Assembly (NCBI GenBank): GCA_951406725.2
Contig: OX597814.1
Coordinates: forward strand, 40,486,001 to 40,550,000
DNA length: 64,000 nucleotides
Direction of reading: 5' to 3'
DNA from: Octopus vulgaris
Lineage: Eukaryota
This document shows positions 53,756-64,000 of the stretch, one piece after another. The notes under the pieces are model-generated. The model made no database searches. It worked only from the letters and a program-made list of their open reading frames with translations, and was not told the origin of the DNA. The translations under genes were made by a program, and so were the position numbers. Every line of letters starts with the position of its first letter. Within the stretch, counting starts at the first letter, position 1.

Positions 53756-53990
53756 CCAGTAGTTTTATTTTTACAGCGTGCTTTCACTTCACTACCGAGC
53801 GCAGCTCTGTGTGCCTTAGGTATGTGGTGTGATTTGTTGTGATGCTCTGATTGTTATTGTATGGAAAGTGTTCTGTGTAGGATGTGTGCAGTGCCTAGTA
53901 GTGCAATTTTCTGTATGTTATATGTGTTTGTAAGTCCTGGTGTTTTTGTTATGTATTTGTCTGAATATTATTTTATCATGCCTAATGCAT
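53756..53990 (-). mobile_element. R4/Dong family A 3' end fragment
   Basis: Near-identical to 54100-54330 and flanked by TAA repeats on both sides. Confidence 0.9.
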
Positions 53991-54011
53991 GATCATTATT
54001 ATTATTGTTGC

Positions 54012-54096
<85 letters not shown>

Positions 54097-54097
<1 letters not shown>

Positions 54098-57000
54098 TTC
54101 AGTAGTTTTATTTTTATAGCGTGCTTTCACTTCACTACCGAGCACAGCTCTGTGTGCCTTGGGTATGTGCTGTGATTTGTTGTGATGCTCTGATGGTTAT
54201 TATATGGAAAGTGTTCTGTGTAGGATGTGTGCAGTGCCTAGTAGTGCAATTTTCTGTATGTTATATGTGTTTGTAAGTCCTGGTGTTTTTGTTATGTATT
54301 TGTCTGAATATTTTTTTATCATGCCTAATGCACCTACTATGATAGGAATTGTTTCTGTTTTCAGATTCCATTTTCTATTTACCTCTACTTCCAGGTCTTT
54401 GTATTCTGAGAGTTTCTCCATTTCTTTTAGAGACACGTTGTCATCTGCCGGTATTGATACATCAATTAGAAAGCATTTTTTTTTTCATGATCTCTGACAA
54501 CTATATCTGGTCTGTTGGCCTTAATTTCTCTATCTGTGTGTATCGGCATATCCCAGAGTATGGTTGCTTTCTCGTTTTCTGTGACCTTTTCTGGTGTGTG
54601 CCTATACCATCTTTTTTCTGTTGTTATTCCATAATGTTGGCATAGCTTCCAATGTATGTAGGTTCCAACTCTGTCATGTCTGTGAATATATTCCTTCTTA
54701 GCCAAGGCTGGGCAGCTAGAGATAATATGATTTATTGTATCTTGTCCCTCTCCACATATTCTGAATTTACTTGTAATATTTCTTTTCATTACATGTTTTT
54801 GGTAATTTCTGGTGGGGAGGCTTTAGTCTTGTGCTGCAATTTAAAATCCCTCTGTTCCTGCTTTGAGTCCTGGGCTTCTCAACCATTGCTGGGATTTTTC
54901 TTTGTCTATTTCTTTTGCGTTCAGTTTAGTGCAGTATTTACCATGAAGGGGCTTTTCTTGCCATCGTTTTATCATGGTTCGTTGCTGTTCTATTTTTAGT
55001 TTGGATTTCATTTGTTTTATAGCTTTTGTTGTTTCTTCATCTTCTTCTTCTTCATGTTTATTAGGTGGTATGATTTCTTGTTTGTATTTGTCAGCTTCCT
55101 TAAATACTGAGAACAGTTTTTTGTTTTGCTCGTGTTTTGCCGCTATCTGGATCAGTTTTCCTTCCTTCTGAAGTATATATTTTGCAGTCCTATGGTGGTT
55201 ATTTTATAGTAGTTTTCCAGCTGTATAAGGCCTCTACCACCTTCTATACGTTGTATATATAGTCATTCTATGTCAGATTTTGGGTGATGCATCCTAGATC
55301 CTGTCATTATTTTTCTTGTTTTCCTATCGATTTTGGTCAGTTCATTTCGTGTCCAGATAAAGATATTGTAGCTGTAACTTATAACTGTGACAGCTAAAGT
55401 GTTGATACCATTTATCTTGTTTTTAGCATAGAGCTCTATGTTTAGTATTGATCTAACTCGTCTATAATATTCTTTTTTTATTTTCTCTTTCATTTGTGTG
55501 TGTTGTGTCTTATCTAGTTCATGGATTCCTAAGTATTTGTAAGTTTGGCTTTGGTCTAATTCTTTTATTTCATTGGTTTTATCTAGTGTGATGTTGTTAC
55601 TCTTAACTAGTCTTCCTCTTTTCATGGTTACTTTGGTGCATTTTTCTAATCCAAATTTCATATCTATTTCTTTGGTAAATCCATGAACTGTCTTTAATAA
55701 TGTTTCCAGCTGTTTATCATTTGCAGCGTATAGTTTTAGGTCATTCATATATAAAAGGTGGCTGATCGTTTTGCCGTAACATTTATATCCGCATCCAGTT
55801 CTATTTAGCATATCAGATAGAGGTGACAGTGCCAAGCAGAAAAGGAGTGGAGAGAGCGTGTCTCCCTGGAATATTCCTCTTTTAATGGGGATGTCTTTGG
55901 TTTTCATGAGTCCCTCTTTTGTTTGGAGGTGTAGGACTGTTTGCCATTTATTCATAGAGTGCTCTATGAATTTTATGATTGTTGGTGCTACTTTGTTAAT
56001 GGCTAGTGTTTCGAGGATACATGTGTGGGGGATGCTATTCAACGCCATTTTGTAGTCAATCCAGGCCATACTGAGGCCTTTCTTCTTTCTGTGGCTGTCT
56101 TCAGTTATGGCTTTATTAATCATTAGTTGATCTTTACAGCCATATGAGCCTTTGTAGCATCCTTTCTGCTCTTCGGTTGTCCATTTTGAGCTCTGTGGTT
56201 TTCAGTTCTTTGATTATTTTATTTTTTATATTATCATAATCATTAGGCTCCCCTTCATTGTTTACATCGTGTTTGTTGGGAATGTTGCGTTTGTCTTCGT
56301 GTTTTACAGTTTCAGTGTTTATATTATTGGGCATTGTTGTGTGGCTTCTATCTACATTTTCCTGGTGTATGTTTTCTTTTAGGTGTTCTATTTCTATTTC
56401 TGATATTTTTTTTGTGTTGAGAATGTATCTTCGTACGTTAGCTAATTTATTAGGGTTCATTGCTGTATCTAAGTCTATATCTCTATTATTTTCCTTCCAT
56501 ATTTGATATGTATGTGTTGTTGTATTTTCAGTTTTTGGGTAGAGTACTGCTGTGAAGTATGCGTGTAAGATAGAAATGTATTCCTCACGTGTCCATTTAC
56601 ATCTTTTGGGTTTTATTTGCGGGACATGAGGTACAACGTCCGGCCCATTATTTTGACGGTCGTCATTTTCGTAGGGTACCGGTCCGTTTATTTCTGTTGT
56701 CACATTATTTTGCACGTGTAGTTTTTCGTACATTTCTTGTTGTAAGTTTAATGTACGTACCGCTCGATTGTTATTCTTGGGTTGAATAGTATCGGTGGCA
56801 TTTAATTTCTTCGTAGTTCCTTTGTACATGGTGTTTGGGGTCGGAGATGATCGTGATGTTCTACGCATTCTTTCTTTACTACCCACAAGGGGCTAAACAC
56901 AGAGGGGACAAACAAGGACAGACAAACGGATTAAGTCGATAACATCGACCCCAGTGCGTAACTGGTACTTAATTTATCGACCCCGAAAGGATGAAAGGCA

Positions 57001-57339
57001 AAGTCGACCTCGGCGGAATTTGAACTCAGAACGTAACGGCAGACGAAATACGGATACGCATTTCGCCCGGCGTGCTATCGTTTTTGCCAGCTCGCCGCCT
57101 TGCCAGCTCGTGATGTTCTACGCATGTTTACATGTGATGCGTTAGAGGCGGAGATGATATCGGGTCAAAATACATCATTTCGTTTCGAAAATGGTAATAA
57201 ATTTCAATTAGTATTACTTACTCGGGTACAGTCCAATTCTTTGTTAGTAAAACTTTGGCTCCATAGGATGTCCTTGTTTTCGATGTTTGTGGATAGGTTT
57301 CGGAGCTCTGAATTTTCCTTCTTACATCTTAAACGTCCC
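54097..57339 (-). mobile_element. R4/Dong-clade non-LTR retrotransposon, family A (internally deleted, decayed, SINE-interrupted)
   Basis: N-terminal KWTREE...W...KLANVRRYI domain; RT motifs AWIDYK, RGIFQGDTLSPLLF and HLLYMNDLKLY; CCHC, RHD and RPDIV RLE motifs. Both ends lie in (TAA)n. Confidence 0.92.
56869..57107 (-). mobile_element. Young tRNA-derived SINE with 18-bp TSD, nested in Dong family A
   Basis: TSD TCGTGATGTTCTACGCAT at 56851-56868 and 57108-57125. B box GAGTTCAAATTCC and an A-rich tail. Confidence 0.92.
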
Positions 57340-60680
<3,341 letters not shown>

Positions 60681-63600
60681 TTTACTTTTGCTTTATATTT
60701 GTATTTGTACAAGTTGGCTCCAAGTCTCACCCAGAGACCTCAAGAGACAACAGGGTTGGAAGTTCATGTTGTTGTTATGCCTAGTGTGCCATATATTTGG
60801 GGGGTGGGGATGTTGTACTAATGAATGTCTAAAAAATAAAAAAAAAAAAAAAAAAAAGGTTTTTTTTTTTTTTTTTTTTTTTTAAACCGAAAATTATGTT
60901 TGTTTTAAACCTTGAGATTACATAGAGAGTATTTTGCGTAGGATATGAGCAGTTCCCATGAGCACTATCTTTTGAACTTCTGCCATTTTTGGGTTTCCTG
61001 GTATCTGAGTTAGGTAGCTATCAGCCCCTTTTGCTATCATTCCCAGGGCACCTATGACAACAGGTATTGTTTTAGTCTTCAGCTTCCACATTTTGCTGAT
61101 TTCTATTTCAAGATCTTTATATTTGCTCAGTTTTTGGTAGGTCTTGACAGATACGTTTATATCGATTGGGACAGTCATATCAATGAGGAGGCATGTTCTT
61201 TGTTTGAAGTTTTTCAATATGATGTCTGGCCTATTTGCATCTATCTTCCTGTCAGTTTGAATGGTGAAGTTCCAGAGGAGTGAGATGTGGTCATTTTCAA
61301 GCACTGGGGGTGGTTTGTGTTCCCACCAGTTTTTTTCATGGGGCAAATCCAGGTTTTTACAGATTACCCAGTGAATATATTGTGCAGCTCTATCGTGCCT
61401 GTTGAGATACTCTGTAGGCGCTAGAAGACTGCACTTGGAGACCACATGGTCAATGGTTTCATTTTGTTGCTTGCATACACGACACGTTGGACTGCTTCTG
61501 ATCTTTAATATGTTGGCCTGGTAGTTTCTTGTTGGTAGGCATTGATCTTGAGCTGCTATGATAAACCCCTCTGTTTCAGATTTTAAGCCAGAGGCCATTA
61601 GCCATTGATGGGTCAGGGCTTTGTCGATATCTGCATTATTCGCTCTCTTTGGGTATTTGCCATAGAGATGTTTTTCTTGCCATTTATTATTCAGAATATC
61701 TAAGGCCGCAGTTTTGGCACGGGTTTTCATGCGCCTAGCTTTTTCTGTGCTTGTTTCTTGTATATCTATCTCCGAAATTGGTTGTATTCGGAATTCACTT
61801 AGATATTCCTTTGCCTGTTTTGTGACTGAGTATGATGCTTTCTTGTTTTCATGTTTTGAGACAAGTTTTAGCATCCAGTCCTCAGAGTTTTTCAGGTAGG
61901 TGTCTAGGCCAATTGTAGCAATCTTCATTGTTATTGCCAGTTGCAAAAGACCACGGCCTCCCTCTTTTCTTGGCAGATAGAGTCGTTCTGTATCTGCCTT
62001 AGGGTGGTGCATTCTATGCATTGTCAACAGTTTCCTTATTTTTCTGTCGAGCTGACATATTTCAGTAATTGACCAGTTAACAATATTGAAACTGTAAGTC
62101 ACGACTGGTATAGCTAATGCATTGATTGCTTCGATCCTGTTTCTTGCATTCAGCTCTGTCTTGAGTATTGCTCTCACTCTTCGATAGCATTCTCTCCTGA
62201 TCCTTTCCTTCATCTCTGAATGCCTTATTCCGTTCCCTTCAATTATCCCTAGGTACTTGTAACTCTCCGCTGGGTCTAGTTCTTTTATGACATTCTGTTG
62301 GTCAAGGTTAACGTTAGATGTTTCTGTCATTTTTCCTTTGATAAAGGTAGCCTTTGCACATTTATCGAGGCCGAATTGCATTCTGATGTCGTCACTGAAT
62401 TGTTTGACTATCGCTAGTAAGCCCTTGAGTTGTTGATCATTTTTTGCAAAAAGCTTTAAATCATCCATGTAAACGAGATGATTTATATTTTTATCAAACA
62501 TTTTATACCCGTACTGCGCGTCATTGAGCAGCTTTGAGAGAGGTATTAAGGATAAACAAAAGAGGAGTGGTGACAGTGAGTCACCCTGGAAAATGCCACA
62601 CGAAATTTTTACATCACCAGCATTTAGGAATTCACTGTCACTGTTCAGAGTTAGTGTGGTTCTCCATGATCTCATACTTACAGTCAAGAAGTTTCGCAGA
62701 GTTGGTGCTATCTTATACATTTCAAGGCATTTTCTAATCCAGCTATGTGGTAGGCTATCAAAAGCCTTTTTATAGTCTATCCAGGCTATTGATAAGTTTT
62801 TGTGTCGTTTGTGACAATCTTCTAAGATCATCTTATTGATGAGTAGTTGGTCTTTACAGCCGTAGGATCCACGTTTACATCCTTTCTGTTCATTAGGGAA
62901 TAAGCTGCTGTCTGTTAAAAAACTATAGGTATATTCCGTCAGGACAGATGTTAGTGTTTTGTACATAGTTGTTAAGCAAGTTATGGGTCTATAGTTTTTT
63001 GGTTCATTTGTTTCTTCACTTTTTGGAAGCAGGAATGTTAACCCATTAACTAGCCAAGGAGGCATCCTACTAGGGTGTTGCAAAACATCATTGTACAGTT
63101 CTGTTAGCAGTTCATGGCTCTCTGGGAAGGCATTCAGCCAGAAGTTAGGAATTTTATCCTTTCCTGGAGACTTCCATTTGCTTGACCTCCTGAGAGCAGA
63201 TCTTATATCTTCTACCTTGACACCCTCCCACTTTTGCTCTTCTAAGGGGTCCAGTTCTGTAGATATTCTGTCAATCCAGGGGCCTTTTCGTTGTGTGTTT
63301 TTTCTTCTGCCCAGATTTTATTCCAATATCTCTGCACTTCTTCTTTTGATGGTACAGACCCTGCAGTAAACGCTGTTTTTCCTATCTTCCGGTAAAAATT
63401 CTTGGTGTTATTTTTGAACATGTTGTTGTCCTTGAAAAATCTAACACGCTTTTCATACCTCGCTATGCGGGCAGCTTTGGCAGATACCTTTTGTTAGATG
63501 GTTTCTATGGTGGCATCAATATCAAGTATAGTTTTCATATTGTATTTTTTCAGTAATTTTTGGGTTTTTGTAGGTTTGGTAATCTTGTGAGCCTTAAGGT

Positions 63601-63789
63601 TTTTCAAATATTCAATGTCAGATCTAAATATTTTAATTTGTTGTTGCAGACGCTCTTGCCAAGAAGGCTTTTTGTGGGACTGTTGCCGTTTTCTAATCTT
63701 TACACCACATAGGATCGTTGAGATTTTCGCGGATGCATAGTATAGGTGGTTGAGGTTTGTGATATCAACATCATTAACTGAAATTGAAA
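60681..63789 (-). mobile_element. R4/Dong-clade non-LTR retrotransposon, family B, 5'-truncated
   Basis: RT-RLE ORF plus a 3' UTR distinct from family A, flanked by TAA arrays. Upstream part has a 1-bp frameshift at ~63280 and an in-frame TAA at ~63495. Confidence 0.95.
60918..63280 (-). CDS. Reverse transcriptase plus CCHC and restriction-like endonuclease (open frame, N-terminus disabled)
   Basis: NYRPITCL, EQKG, AWIDYKKAFDS, GIFQGDSLSPLLF, VYMDDLKLF, CRVC...ETIDHVVSKC, RHD, RPDII...LLID and K..KY. The frame stays open upstream of the listed TTG start through WKSPGKDKIPNFWL. Confidence 0.93.

Positions 63790-64000
<211 letters not shown>

Noticed and set aside
60918-63789. Dong B as an active autonomous element
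   Set aside because: It is 5'-truncated, with a frameshift at ~63280 and a stop at ~63495 upstream of the RT.

Overview
AT-rich, microsatellite-dense animal DNA. The SINE families resemble those I recall from octopod cephalopods (recognition only, no search run). No host protein-coding gene can be firmly supported. The window is a mosaic of mobile elements. These include Penelope-like elements (one Neptune-type RT/GIY-YIG copy with ~1.36-kb inverted arms, plus several small asymmetric fold-backs and pLTR pieces with hammerhead-like motifs, mostly at (TA)n) and six R4/Dong-type RT-RLE pieces, all on the minus strand at (TAA)n, two of which flank a ~3.3-kb near-perfect TAA array. There is also a young non-autonomous Gypsy LTR element (1185-bp LTRs, tRNA-Leu PBS, PPT, ATAT TSD), CR1-, RTE- and L1/Tx1-like LINE remnants, mariner and Tc1 remnants, and tRNA-derived SINEs. 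The most interesting signals are the hammerhead variants with their shared fold-back architecture, the Dong/TAA tandem array, and the RT-deleted Gypsy element that keeps open frames. A housekeeping-type promoter motif cluster at ~8.6 kb and a strand bias hint, weakly, that the window is intronic to a + strand gene.
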